Assembly (NCBI GenBank): GCA_021513715.1
Contig: CP084167.1
Span: forward strand, 3,104,001-3,168,000
Direction: 5' to 3'
DNA length: 64,000 nucleotides
Source: Candidatus Heimdallarchaeum endolithica
Lineage (GTDB): Archaea > Asgardarchaeota > Heimdallarchaeia > Heimdallarchaeales > Heimdallarchaeaceae
The stretch's first letter is position 1. Each line of letters opens with the position of its first letter. Made by a program: the position numbers and the translations under genes. Below, one piece after another: positions 10,011 through 20,394 of this stretch. A model generated the notes under the pieces. It was given only the letters and a program-made list of their open reading frames with translations. It made no database searches and was not told the DNA's origin.

Positions 10011-11153
10011 CTAACTCCACGGATTTCTTGCTCTTCTTTTTTGGAGCGAAAAACTAGAATAACCTATTCTTGAAGATATTTCATCAATCAAAATATCTGC
10101 ATCGTCTTCTCTTATTTTAGCTCTAGCATCAGCTTCTATTATTACGCTTGGCAAACCATATTCAGGATGAAAAGTTGAAATAGAACAAATTAGAGAAGAA
10201 ATTGTTTGAGCTAGATTCGTACTGTCAGAAAATAGGACGGGAAACTCGACTCTAAGTGGGGTATCATATTCTGCTGTTTTAAGATAAAAAAAGTGTATGT
10301 CGAAGTCTTCTAAATCTTTTTCATACTCATTAAATTTACTCAGATGCGATTCAAATGTTCTCTCATTTATATCTAAAACGTTGAATAGTAAATCTGTATC
10401 TCGTAATTGTTTGATAATAGGTCTGTAGTCAATATCTAATAATTCTTTGAATTCTGGTCTTTTACTTAAATGAGGAAGAATTAAAGATAGTTTTCTAGTT
10501 AGTATAGCAGACCTAGAATCTTTTATCACTCCACAAAGTAAACAACGCTTTTTTCGAGAAAGAGTATACAGTCTCCTATAAAGAGCTTTAAGCCTAAGAT
10601 ATTGGGAAAAAAGAAATTCATTACCTTGGATACTTTTAACATCAATAACAGGTAATACAGAACCGTCCAAAATCAGAATATCTGGAGAATCATTTTCAAG
10701 TAAATCAATGGCACAGCGTATTTCTTTTTGTATTCGCCATAAAGCAATAAGATAATCTATCTCATTTTGAGCCAAAGGTTCAACACTTGTTAAAATATCT
10801 GGAAAAGGATTTTTCTCTGGAAAATACTTTACTTTTGGTTTTTCATCTTTGTTGTGATAGAATAGCACACCTACAGCTCTAATAAGTGCAACATCAAAAA
10901 AGTTCATGCTTCTGTGTATTATTCCTCCGTCTACTCCTGCGTATTTTAGACCTGTAGTAGACGATTGTGGAACTCGAATAATAAAACTTGTGTCCTTTGT
11001 ATTAAATTGAAAAGCTTCAGGAAAAATAGAAGGATCCAGTTGATACTTAACTTTTCTAAATAAATCTTGGAATAATTTTCTGTGTTTATTGTATTCCTTA
11101 ATTACTTTAATTATGTTGCTTATAGCTTGTTCTAAATTCTTTTTTTCGCTCAA
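10011..11153 (-). CDS. nurA: NurA 5'-3' nuclease
   Basis: AGVDGG, LILDGS, GVIKDS, YGLPSVIIEAD. Confidence 0.88.
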   Translation of the reverse strand: MSEKKNLEQAISNIIKVIKEYNKHRKLFQDLFRKVKYQLDPSIFPEAFQFNTKDTSFIIRVPQSSTTGLKYAGVDGGIIHRSMNFFDVALIRAVGVLFYHNKDEKPKVKYFPEKNPFPDILTSVEPLAQNEIDYLIALWRIQKEIRCAIDLLENDSPDILILDGSVLPVIDVKSIQGNEFLFSQYLRLKALYRRLYTLSRKKRCLLCGVIKDSRSAILTRKLSLILPHLSKRPEFKELLDIDYRPIIKQLRDTDLLFNVLDINERTFESHLSKFNEYEKDLEDFDIHFFYLKTAEYDTPLRVEFPVLFSDSTNLAQTISSLICSISTFHPEYGLPSVIIEADARAKIREDDADILIDEISSRIGYSSFSLQKRRARNPWS

Positions 11154-11213
11154 TTCTAGTTGTACTACGAGAAAATACTATATAAACTCAACTAGAAAAA
11201 GAAAAAAGAATTA

Positions 11214-12821
11214 TTATTGTTTATTTTTTAAAACTCTAGAAATAAAGTAATAATATGGAGGAGAAGGTTTTTTTGGTTTAGAATTAAATTCAGGGTGAAA
11301 TTGAGTGGCAATAAAGTTGGGATTGTCTTTATATTCTAAAGTTTCCATTCTTCTTCCATCTTCAGATTTGCCTGAAAAATGCAATCCTTGTTTTTCTAAA
11401 TCTTGAATAAATTGAGGATTAACTTCATATCTATGTCTGTGTCTTTCTACACAAAAATCAGAATTATACATCGAATGAAAAATGGAATCTTTCTTTAAAA
11501 GAACTTTATGTGCTCCTAAACGCATTGTTCCTCCTTTCTTATGGATACTATGCTGTTCTGGTAAAAGATCAATTACTGGGTAGAGTGTTTTTTCGTCTAC
11601 TTCAGTTGTATGGGCTTTATCCATATTACAAACATTTCTTGCGAACTCTACGACACTTAACTGAAAACCGAAACATACTCCTAAAAATGGTAGTTTATTT
11701 TCTCTTGCAAATTTTATAATATTGATTTTTCCTTCTACCCCTCTAGAACCAAATCCCCCTGGAACAAGAATTCCATCATATTTTAATAATTCATGAAATG
11801 GTTTTTCTTCTGTTTCAAATCTCTCTGAAGAGATGAATTCAACATTTACCTTGGTATTATTGGCTATACCAGCATGCATTAGTGCCTCTTTTATGCTTAT
11901 ATATGAGTCTGCTAGACGTGTATATTTTCCGATAATCGCAATTGTAACTTCATTCTCTGCATTCAAGAGTTTTTCTATTATTTTTTCGTCTTCCATCCAG
12001 TTTGCTTTAACATTTTCATAATTTAATATCCAATTAAGAGTTGAACCGAAACCTTGTTTATCTAAATAAATAGGTGCTCTTAAGACAGTGTCTAAATCAG
12101 GAAGAGAAAAAACAGCATTCGCTGGAACATCGCAAAACATAACTATTTTCTCTTTAGCTTCTTCAGTAAGATCTTGTTCTCCTCTGGCTATAATTATATC
12201 AGGAGTTAAACCCATAGATTGTAATTCTCTAACAGCATGTTGAGTAGGTTTGGTTTTTAACTCTTTTAGATTGGGCGGTTTCATGACATAAGTAAGAAGA
12301 ATAAGAGCCGTGTCTTCCTTTGGTGTTTCTCTTCTTAATTGTCGAATAGCTTCTAAAAAAGGTTGAGATTCAATATCTCCTATTGTTCCCCCCACTTCTA
12401 TAATCAAAACATCAATATCTTTATTATTTTTAGCCACTTTTTTTATTCTAGCTTTGATTTCATCAGTTATATGCGGAATAACTTGAACAGTTTTTCCTAG
12501 GAAATCTCCTCTCCTTTCAGCTTCAATAACAGAAAGGTATACTTGTCCCGTAGTGATATTTTGTTCTGCTTTCATTTCTAAATCTAGCATTCTCTCATAA
12601 TGGCCAAAGTCAACATCAAGTTCTGCTCCATCAGCTGTAACATATGTTTCTCCGTGTTCAAAGGGATTCATTGTTCCAGCATCAATGTTTAGATAAGGGT
12701 CGATCTTAATAACGTTAATTTTTTTTCCCCTAATTTGTAAATTACGACCAACTGAAGAAGTAACGATACCTTTCCCTAATCCTGATATCAGAGCTCCGCA
12801 AACAAAAACATATTTGGGCAT
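11214..12821 (-). CDS. pyrG: CTP synthase
   Basis: SGLGKGI, KIDPYLNIDAGTMNPFEHGE, GVCFGFQ, QFHPEF. Confidence 0.97.
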   Translation of the reverse strand: MPKYVFVCGALISGLGKGIVTSSVGRNLQIRGKKINVIKIDPYLNIDAGTMNPFEHGETYVTADGAELDVDFGHYERMLDLEMKAEQNITTGQVYLSVIEAERRGDFLGKTVQVIPHITDEIKARIKKVAKNNKDIDVLIIEVGGTIGDIESQPFLEAIRQLRRETPKEDTALILLTYVMKPPNLKELKTKPTQHAVRELQSMGLTPDIIIARGEQDLTEEAKEKIVMFCDVPANAVFSLPDLDTVLRAPIYLDKQGFGSTLNWILNYENVKANWMEDEKIIEKLLNAENEVTIAIIGKYTRLADSYISIKEALMHAGIANNTKVNVEFISSERFETEEKPFHELLKYDGILVPGGFGSRGVEGKINIIKFARENKLPFLGVCFGFQLSVVEFARNVCNMDKAHTTEVDEKTLYPVIDLLPEQHSIHKKGGTMRLGAHKVLLKKDSIFHSMYNSDFCVERHRHRYEVNPQFIQDLEKQGLHFSGKSEDGRRMETLEYKDNPNFIATQFHPEFNSKPKKPSPPYYYFISRVLKNKQ

Positions 12822-12986
12822 ATTCTTTGTTAACCAGAAACGTAAATAAATTTATCTACAAAGAATTATTTAAGAAAAAATATTGTTATTTTGATTACTT
12901 TTGGAAATTTTTTACGATTTATGCTTTTTTAGAAACAATGATATCAATTAATTTCAACTTTCTTCTAAAAAAAGTACAAAAACAGT

Positions 12987-13526
12987 TTATCCAACCATTA
13001 TTTTCCACTTTTCTACAGCATCAGCTACAATGTTATACAACCATTTTTCTTCAACAGTTAAGTTCCTAATTGTACTTGTAATGTTCTTTGATTTAGTGCC
13101 CATATTAATAACTTTATTTAGCCTTAATGTCATTAACTCACGTAACTCAATTTCTAGTCTCTCTAATTCCCTAAATGAAATAGTTTTTTGTTCCTTAAAT
13201 TCTTCAATAGTTTTTTTAGCTATAATGTAAAAAAAGGGGTCTATAGGCTGTAAAGCCTTCTTTGTTTTTTCTTTTTCTGTAAGAAAGTGAACTGAACTGA
13301 GATTAAATTTTTTTAAGAAATCATATTCCACTAATCCCTCTTTATGGAGCATGTAAGCAATCCAAAAAGGAATCTGAAGAACTGAACCTTTCTGTAATTT
13401 GATTTTTTTTCCACCTATATCAAATTCTCCTCTTGATTCTAAGCACTTAACTTCTACTTTTTTTTCTTCAAAATCATGTTGTAATCTTTCAAGTTCTTTT
13501 AATACTTCATCTTTTGTTAAATGCAT
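12987..13526 (-). CDS. GINS complex subunit, Gins23 (Psf2/Psf3-like, B-A domain order)
   Basis: N-terminal beta-rich B domain with IPFWIAYML, helical RLNKVI..LTVEEKWLY; near mcm. Confidence 0.75.
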   Translation of the reverse strand: MHLTKDEVLKELERLQHDFEEKKVEVKCLESRGEFDIGGKKIKLQKGSVLQIPFWIAYMLHKEGLVEYDFLKKFNLSSVHFLTEKEKTKKALQPIDPFFYIIAKKTIEEFKEQKTISFRELERLEIELRELMTLRLNKVINMGTKSKNITSTIRNLTVEEKWLYNIVADAVEKWKIMVG

Positions 13527-13566
13527 GCTAATTCTTGATTTGAGTTAATACTTTAGAAGTTTTTGA

Positions 13567-15813
13567 TTAAAAGAAATCATCTAAACTTTTTTGTGAAGAA
13601 GTAGATTCTGATTCTAGTTCAAATTCTGTTTCTAAATCGTTTAATGAAAAGTCTGTTTCTCCAGTGTGAACAAACTTAAGGATGGCTTCAGCTAATTCTT
13701 TACCAAAACGAGGGATTTGAACTAGATCCTCTACCTTGGCTTTTTCTAAATCTTCCAATGATTTATATCCATTGTTATATAATGCTCGAGCACGCACTCT
13801 TCCTATTCCTGGAATTTGGATAAGATCAAGTAGTTCTTCTTTTATACCTACTTTTATCCTTGAATGAAGTTTTTTTATTTTTTTGGCTATTTCTGAATAA
13901 CCTAATAGTTCTGCTAATTCTCCTCCAGAATAGAGGATCCATTCTGCATTAGAAATTATATTGTAAATGTCTCCGCTACCAATTCCATATCTGCTGAGAA
14001 TAGTATCTTCTGGAATTTCATTAATCCAATCTCTTATAACTAAAGCTGTTTTTAATTGGCTCAAAAAAATATCTATTTCAGCGTAGCTAGAAGGGAGTTC
14101 TGTAAGAATCTCGTCTTCATGTTCAGTAACAAAGTTCATTAAAGGAGTCTGATCTAGTTTTCTATAGGTGATAAATCTTACGTCAGGTGTAGAGCAAACA
14201 AGATGAAGAATAGATATATCCGTTACTAATTCTTTAGCCATTCTATTTGCTCGTTCTAACCCTGAACGTATAATTACTGCACTGCTCGGATCTATATATA
14301 ATTCACTTACTCTTTTACCGAATCTAGTCGGTAATAAGAGATCAGGATGGCTTTTAATTAACCCTTCTTCTTTGAAAAAACCTATTACAGATTTTATTAA
14401 AGAAGATAGATTAACTGGATTTTCTTTAAATCCATAAAAAGTATCACTAAAGAAATCAAACAATTCTTCTATAGTTCTTGTTTTTTCAGTGGCTATTTGA
14501 CCTAAAGTTATTCGACGTAAAGCTGGCTCTGAAGCTAATCGTGATTCTATATCTTCTGTGTCTGCAATAATATATCTGGAGTAGAGATCCTGAGCTTCAG
14601 TTTCATTTCTAGCAACAACAATTGCATCACCTTCCTTATCATATTGAGGACGACCAGCTCTTCCAGACTGTTGTTTAAATTCAAGAACAGGAATAGGATG
14701 GCTTCCTATACTTGTACTAAAACGATAAATGCTTTTTATTATCACGAATCTTGCAGGTAGATTTATTCCTGCAGCTAATGTTGGAGTAGAAGTAAGTACT
14801 TTTATGTTTCCTTTTTTAAACTCAATTTCTATTATTCTTCGCTGCATGGGGTTTAAACCTGCATGATGGAATGCTACACCTGATTGGACAAGTTTAGCTA
14901 TTTCTTCTGCTTGCTTTGTTCCAGAACTCTGTTTAATTATTCTTGTAGCTGCCAATGACAAACTCTCTTTCTCTTTCTGTGTTAGAATCTTGTTAACTTT
15001 AGAAGAAACTTTTTTTGCTGTAGTCTCTGCCGTCTTTCTTGTTGTAAGGAAAACAAGTGTTTGATACTTCTTTTTTAGAACATAATCTAGCAAGTTAAGA
15101 AAAGTATCTTTGTATGTTGATGGAATAGAGACATTTTTCAACCCCTTATAAATAATTGTATTTCTGTAAATTACTCCTTCATGCAACTCTACTGGTCTCC
15201 AAGTACTAGATACAAGATTCGCTTCTAACCATCTAGATAATTCATCAGCATTACGAATTGTTGCACTAAGAGCAATTACTTGTACTTCAGGATTTCTCTT
15301 TAGCTGGGCTAAAACAACTTCTAAGGTAGGTCCCCTATTCATACTGTTGATTAAATGAACTTCATCAGAAATAACTAAACCAACTTTTGATAACCATTTA
15401 CTTTTATGCCTTAAGGCTGAATCAATCTTTTCATTGGTAGCTACTATTATATCTGCATAATTAGCTCTATTATCTTCAATATCATAGTCTCCAGTAAGTA
15501 AAATAGTTCTCTTTTTTAATTTAGAAAAAAACTTTTTGAATTCGAGATATTTTTCATAGGCAAGTGCTCTTAACGGAGCAAGGTAAAGAACTTTGTAAGA
15601 AGTCTCTTCTACTTTTTTCACAGCAGCAAGGAGAGCTAAAAGAGTTTTCCCAGAAGCAGTAGGTATCGCTATAACAAGATTATTTCCATCTAATAACCCT
15701 TTTTTAATTGCTTCTGTCTGAGGAGGATAAAGTGAACTGATTCCTTGTTTTTCTAGTTCTTCAATAATTTCTTTAGGAATAGGTAATTCAGCAATCTTCA
15801 TTATGGAACCCAA
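13567..15813 (-). CDS. hel308: Hel308/Hjm Ski2-like DNA helicase
   Basis: PTASGKT, DEVH, SAT, TPTLAAGINLPAR, GRAGRPQYD, GIGRVRARALY. Confidence 0.93.
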   Translation of the reverse strand: MGSIMKIAELPIPKEIIEELEKQGISSLYPPQTEAIKKGLLDGNNLVIAIPTASGKTLLALLAAVKKVEETSYKVLYLAPLRALAYEKYLEFKKFFSKLKKRTILLTGDYDIEDNRANYADIIVATNEKIDSALRHKSKWLSKVGLVISDEVHLINSMNRGPTLEVVLAQLKRNPEVQVIALSATIRNADELSRWLEANLVSSTWRPVELHEGVIYRNTIIYKGLKNVSIPSTYKDTFLNLLDYVLKKKYQTLVFLTTRKTAETTAKKVSSKVNKILTQKEKESLSLAATRIIKQSSGTKQAEEIAKLVQSGVAFHHAGLNPMQRRIIEIEFKKGNIKVLTSTPTLAAGINLPARFVIIKSIYRFSTSIGSHPIPVLEFKQQSGRAGRPQYDKEGDAIVVARNETEAQDLYSRYIIADTEDIESRLASEPALRRITLGQIATEKTRTIEELFDFFSDTFYGFKENPVNLSSLIKSVIGFFKEEGLIKSHPDLLLPTRFGKRVSELYIDPSSAVIIRSGLERANRMAKELVTDISILHLVCSTPDVRFITYRKLDQTPLMNFVTEHEDEILTELPSSYAEIDIFLSQLKTALVIRDWINEIPEDTILSRYGIGSGDIYNIISNAEWILYSGGELAELLGYSEIAKKIKKLHSRIKVGIKEELLDLIQIPGIGRVRARALYNNGYKSLEDLEKAKVEDLVQIPRFGKELAEAILKFVHTGETDFSLNDLETEFELESESTSSQKSLDDFF

Positions 15814-15867
15814 GCTATCTTTAACGACTCTAATTATTATTCTAAATAATTTTTTCTAATAGTTTTT

Positions 15868-18693
15868 TTATGCCATGCGTATTATCCCATCACGAGGTGA
15901 ATAGAGCTCGCCATTTTCTCTTAATTGTCTAATTACTTTGTCTACGAAATCTCCATCTATTGAATATTCTTTTTCAGCAATTTGTTTAACTTTGCTAACA
16001 GAAACCTCATTAGAAAAACCTTTCTTGGTTTCTTCTTTTATAATGTCGATAACTTTTTGGAGATTACTACGTTCACTTCTTGATGTACCTTGTAAAAAGT
16101 AATCTACATCTACTTTTCCAGTTACAGGGTCTCTCCCTACTTGTTGGAGGGATTCAGTTAAAAGGCGAATAGCTGCTTCAGCATGGTCAATTGTCACATC
16201 TTCTTTTAGAGCCATTCTCGCTTGTGCTTCAGAAAGACGAATAATCGCTTCTAAATACCTGGGTGTAATAGCAATAGATTTTTTGTCTGATTGCTTTCTG
16301 AGGTCGAGATAGAATTTCTCTATTCTACGCATAGCTTCATCAGTCAATGAAGGTTCAACATTTTGTTTAGCATAACTAATATATTTTCTTAAAAGATCCA
16401 TAGGGATAGGAGGTTCTGCAGTAGCAGATATCTGCCCTCTTCTTAATTCTAAAATATGTCTGGCCATATTAAGGTCACTGTCTGGCTCAGGAACATCGCG
16501 CATAATGTAAATAAGATCAAAACGAGAAATAATAGTAGCAGGTAGGTTAATGTTGTCAACTGGGTGAGAGTTTTCTTCATATCTGCCAAATTTGGGGTTA
16601 GCTGCAGCAATAATAGCTGTTCTTGCATTAAGTTGAGCAACGATACCCGCCTTGGCTATGCTAACGGTATGCTGTTCCATAGCTTCATGTATAGCTGAAC
16701 GATCATGAGCAGTCATTTTATCAAATTCGTCTATAATTGCTAAACCCCTATCTGCTAGTACTAAAGCTCCTGCTTCTAAAGAAAATTCTCCTGTATCTGG
16801 ATCTCTTACTACTGCTGCAGTGTTGTGAGTAATAAAACCGTTAACTATGAAATTGTGTGTTTGTGGAACAGTTAAATCATAAACATATTCATTTTCTTTC
16901 TCTACAAATTCGACTTTAGTTACTTCATCCCAGAAGATTTCGCTTGAAAGGAGCGATTCTATAAGTTTAATATCTTGCTCCAACTTCATATTCTCTTTAC
17001 ATATTGATTTAATTTTGTTGAGAGTACTTCTAATTTCATTTTTGTTGCAATTCTTAAAATCCAAAGTTATATCTTTATTAGAATTAGAGATTGTATTATT
17101 AGAAAGGTCTAATTTTCTAATTAATTTGCCTAATAGTTGTTCTATGTGAAAAACCACTTTCTTACCTACAGAACTACTTCCTAAATCCTTTGTCTCTCTT
17201 TTTTTAGGATTAATTGTTCCAACTAAATCTCCTTTAACTAAATCTTTAGCTTTTATCCATATTATTCCTCTCTTTGAAAGAGTGAGAAGAGGAGTTTGCT
17301 GAGTTAATTTGATTGTCCTACCACTCATAGATGATATTTTAACTAGTAAACGAGGACTTTTGATTTTCCAAAATTTTTTGATTTTGGTTGAGTTGATTTT
17401 TAAGTTGGAAGAATTTAAAATAGCATTATAATCTGAATCTGTTTCTAATTTTTTTTCTACAAACCAGAAACCTTCTTGGTATTCTTGTGGATTGTTGTTT
17501 TTAAACTCTCTTTCTACTATATCTTCTATTCGTTCAACTTTATTTTCAAAATATATTTGACTATCTGCTGCAACACATAGTCCTGCTGCTGAACTTGCTC
17601 TTCCTGAAGTAAAAATACCTCGAGGAGCTAATCTGTTTGCAAAATGAAGAAGTTGGCTTTTTCCTACACCTGGATCTCCAACTAATAATAGATTTGATTC
17701 TCCTCTCTGTTTCATACCATCTGGTGTAACTCTGGAAACACCACCAAAGAGTACAGTAGCAATAGCCTCTTTAATGATTTCATGACCATAGATAGAGGGC
17801 GCAATAGAACGAATGATTTTGTTATGAATGTTAATGTCTTTAGAAAGCTCTAGAATCTCTTTTTCAGTGTCAGGGTCGATTTCTAATTCTTCGAATTCCT
17901 TCTGTCTAGAAGCAGCAAAATTGACCTCTAACCAAGGGTCAAAAGTAGCTAACTGTCTCTTCTTTTGTTGAAGAGAGGGCTTCATTCTAAGAATACCGTT
18001 AACAATTGCTCTGTCTCCTGCTCTAACAACATCTACTAGATCTCCAACTAAGTATGCAGGAAGAGAGCGAGGAATTTGACCAGGAGGAAGGTTTTCTGGC
18101 CTTTCTTGAATAGTAATTGTTTGGACATCAGTATAAGATGATTCTTCTGGAAGGAGCTTGAAAGGACCTTTTTTACCACAATCAGGGTTACTACACTGGG
18201 CAGGTTCAGAATAATAACCTAAATCCTGGTCCCAGCTCATTATTTCACCACAGCGAGTACATTGGAAAACTCCTTGAATAAGAAGAGGTTTAACAACAGA
18301 TTGACGAAGAACAATACCTTCTACTGAAATAAATCTGCCTAAATGAGTGGCTCGAACATGACGAAGATCAACAACATCAGGGATGTTAGCAAATCTTACT
18401 TTAAACCATTCTCTATTTTCTTGTGCGTAACTCAAATCTTCTATCGTGATAACATCAAAAAGAGCTTCATCAGCATCTTGAAACATAGTTTCAGGTTCAT
18501 CTCGAATCATTTGAGCAAGTCCTGGGTCATAACGTAGAATATCATCGTAATTGACATAAAGAGAAGTTAATCCTTCTAAAACCATTTTCTGAATTTGTTC
18601 AGTGTAAACATATCTGCCGTTTTCATCCATGTAACCTTGAAAAAACTCTTTGAATCGTTCTGAATACCCTTTCGCTGTTGTATCAATATGCAT
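15868..18693 (-). CDS. mcm: MCM replicative helicase containing one intein
   Basis: Zn finger CTRC..CSNPDC, GDPGVGKS, IDEFDKM, SRFD; 252-aa insertion at SAAGL|TAAV. Confidence 0.96.
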   Translation of the reverse strand: MHIDTTAKGYSERFKEFFQGYMDENGRYVYTEQIQKMVLEGLTSLYVNYDDILRYDPGLAQMIRDEPETMFQDADEALFDVITIEDLSYAQENREWFKVRFANIPDVVDLRHVRATHLGRFISVEGIVLRQSVVKPLLIQGVFQCTRCGEIMSWDQDLGYYSEPAQCSNPDCGKKGPFKLLPEESSYTDVQTITIQERPENLPPGQIPRSLPAYLVGDLVDVVRAGDRAIVNGILRMKPSLQQKKRQLATFDPWLEVNFAASRQKEFEELEIDPDTEKEILELSKDINIHNKIIRSIAPSIYGHEIIKEAIATVLFGGVSRVTPDGMKQRGESNLLLVGDPGVGKSQLLHFANRLAPRGIFTSGRASSAAGLCVAADSQIYFENKVERIEDIVEREFKNNNPQEYQEGFWFVEKKLETDSDYNAILNSSNLKINSTKIKKFWKIKSPRLLVKISSMSGRTIKLTQQTPLLTLSKRGIIWIKAKDLVKGDLVGTINPKKRETKDLGSSSVGKKVVFHIEQLLGKLIRKLDLSNNTISNSNKDITLDFKNCNKNEIRSTLNKIKSICKENMKLEQDIKLIESLLSSEIFWDEVTKVEFVEKENEYVYDLTVPQTHNFIVNGFITHNTAAVVRDPDTGEFSLEAGALVLADRGLAIIDEFDKMTAHDRSAIHEAMEQHTVSIAKAGIVAQLNARTAIIAAANPKFGRYEENSHPVDNINLPATIISRFDLIYIMRDVPEPDSDLNMARHILELRRGQISATAEPPIPMDLLRKYISYAKQNVEPSLTDEAMRRIEKFYLDLRKQSDKKSIAITPRYLEAIIRLSEAQARMALKEDVTIDHAEAAIRLLTESLQQVGRDPVTGKVDVDYFLQGTSRSERSNLQKVIDIIKEETKKGFSNEVSVSKVKQIAEKEYSIDGDFVDKVIRQLRENGELYSPRDGIIRMA
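16822..17577 (-). mobile_element. Mini-intein (252 aa) in MCM
   Basis: Starts with Cys (CVAADS) after SSAAGL; ends VYDLTVPQTHNFIVNGFITHN before the +1 Thr; no LAGLIDADG motifs seen. Confidence 0.92.
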
Positions 18694-18923
18694 AAAGATC
18701 CTTCCTTCTATAGAATAGCAATTATTAGATTGATAATAAGTCTTACTTATTAGACTATTTCAAAAAATATAACTAGAAATTAATATATAAACCCAATAAT
18801 TAAGTAATAAAGAAAATAGTAGGTAAAATAGAAAAACAAAGAAGAAAATCATAAAATTGTCTATTAATTCTTACTATTGTTCAAGGAAAAATATAACATA
18901 AAGTGTTGAATAATTAAGTAGTA

Positions 18924-20264
18924 ATGACATATACTAGTTCCCACATAACTTTGCAAGGTTTAGCTTTATGGACTTTCATGCCTGATAAAATGAAAGATTA
19001 TTATAAAACTCATAAATGGGATTTGTTAGCAATAAATATTGTAGCAGGGCTCCCAGATATTGATATCTTTTTTGGGATACATAGAGAATATACTCATGGA
19101 ATTATAATTCCTACGCTAATTCTACTATTATCAGTTTTGTATTCTCAGATAATGAAGAAAAAAGACAAATATCAAGGCAAAAATAAAAGATTCACACGAT
19201 TTATTAGTTTATCAATGTTAATGTGGATCATACATATTCTAATTGATCTAACTTGGGATGCAATAATGGTTTTTTGGCCATTAGATAACCATTTCTATAA
19301 CTTAGATTTAATATTCAGGTTAAATGCCAGTAACTTAGTGTTAGTAGGAATAATTCCTCAATGGCAAATTTACTCAAAAACAGAAGGACAGAATATGTTT
19401 TTCATTAATCTTACACAAGAGCAAAGAGCAAATATATTTGGAAAATTTCTTGATTTAACAATTCCGCAATTAACTGTTGAAATACTCTTAGCTCTTGTAT
19501 GGTTTGTAGTAATTATTCTCCCAATGATAAAAAGAAGTGTAAAAAAAGGTGAAGAGAAAAATAAAAAAAGAGAAAAAATAGTTGTAATAGGTAGAATACT
19601 AAAAAAACAATTAAATAGACAAACATCAGTTGTAGGTCTCTTAATTATACTAATAGGTTTAATGTATGGTCCTTCTGCAGGGAAAGTAAATACATATGAA
19701 GGAAGTTTTGCTGTTTATTTGGCAAATACAAATTCAATATTTGATCCAACCTTAGGTTTCTCTTTGGAGAAAGAAAAAGCAAGGAATATATCACTTTTAA
19801 TAAAAACAGAAATAACAAAGGTAAACTATTCTGCTGTTCTGTTAATTGTAGACAATAATACATTTTCTACTTTCTTCAATAACTTTTTGAATATTACAGA
19901 ATATTACTATAATGATAGTTTAGAGTATCAATCATTAGAAAAGCAATATTTTGATTTAGTAGAAGAAACAATTAATAAAAGTGAAATAGTAAAAGAGGGG
20001 AAAATAACTGGAAATATGAATGAGGTCTCTATAACCCTTTATAACAATATTGAGGATAATATTCAATATCACATTTTATACCTTCTAAAAGAATGGACGC
20101 CGAATTGTTCATTTATGTACAAGACAACTGTTTCTCTAAAATACATGACTGAGAGAGTAAATCAATTCATTGGAGGAATAATAATAATCTTTTCTGGAGT
20201 AATAGTAATAGTAATAGACCAAATTGTAAGCTTTCTAGAATATAAAAAAAAAGGAAGTAAATGA
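18924..20264 (+). CDS. Membrane-bound metal-dependent hydrolase (YdjM-like N-terminus) with extended C-terminal domain
   Basis: LPDID..HREYTHG..HILID..FWP motifs, several TM segments. Confidence 0.75.
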   Translation: MTYTSSHITLQGLALWTFMPDKMKDYYKTHKWDLLAINIVAGLPDIDIFFGIHREYTHGIIIPTLILLLSVLYSQIMKKKDKYQGKNKRFTRFISLSMLMWIIHILIDLTWDAIMVFWPLDNHFYNLDLIFRLNASNLVLVGIIPQWQIYSKTEGQNMFFINLTQEQRANIFGKFLDLTIPQLTVEILLALVWFVVIILPMIKRSVKKGEEKNKKREKIVVIGRILKKQLNRQTSVVGLLIILIGLMYGPSAGKVNTYEGSFAVYLANTNSIFDPTLGFSLEKEKARNISLLIKTEITKVNYSAVLLIVDNNTFSTFFNNFLNITEYYYNDSLEYQSLEKQYFDLVEETINKSEIVKEGKITGNMNEVSITLYNNIEDNIQYHILYLLKEWTPNCSFMYKTTVSLKYMTERVNQFIGGIIIIFSGVIVIVIDQIVSFLEYKKKGSK

Positions 20265-20394
20265 ACCTACAAAATAAACTTTTTGACCTTTTTATACAAA
20301 GAAAACAAAAACATTTGTAAAATTATCTAAACAAATTTTTCTTTATCTGAGCTTAACTTATTTTTTACAAAACTTCTAACTACTAAAAACATAA

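Noticed and set aside
18694-18923. Replication origin upstream of mcm
   Set aside because: Only AT-rich; no ORB-like repeats or cdc6/orc1 gene seen.
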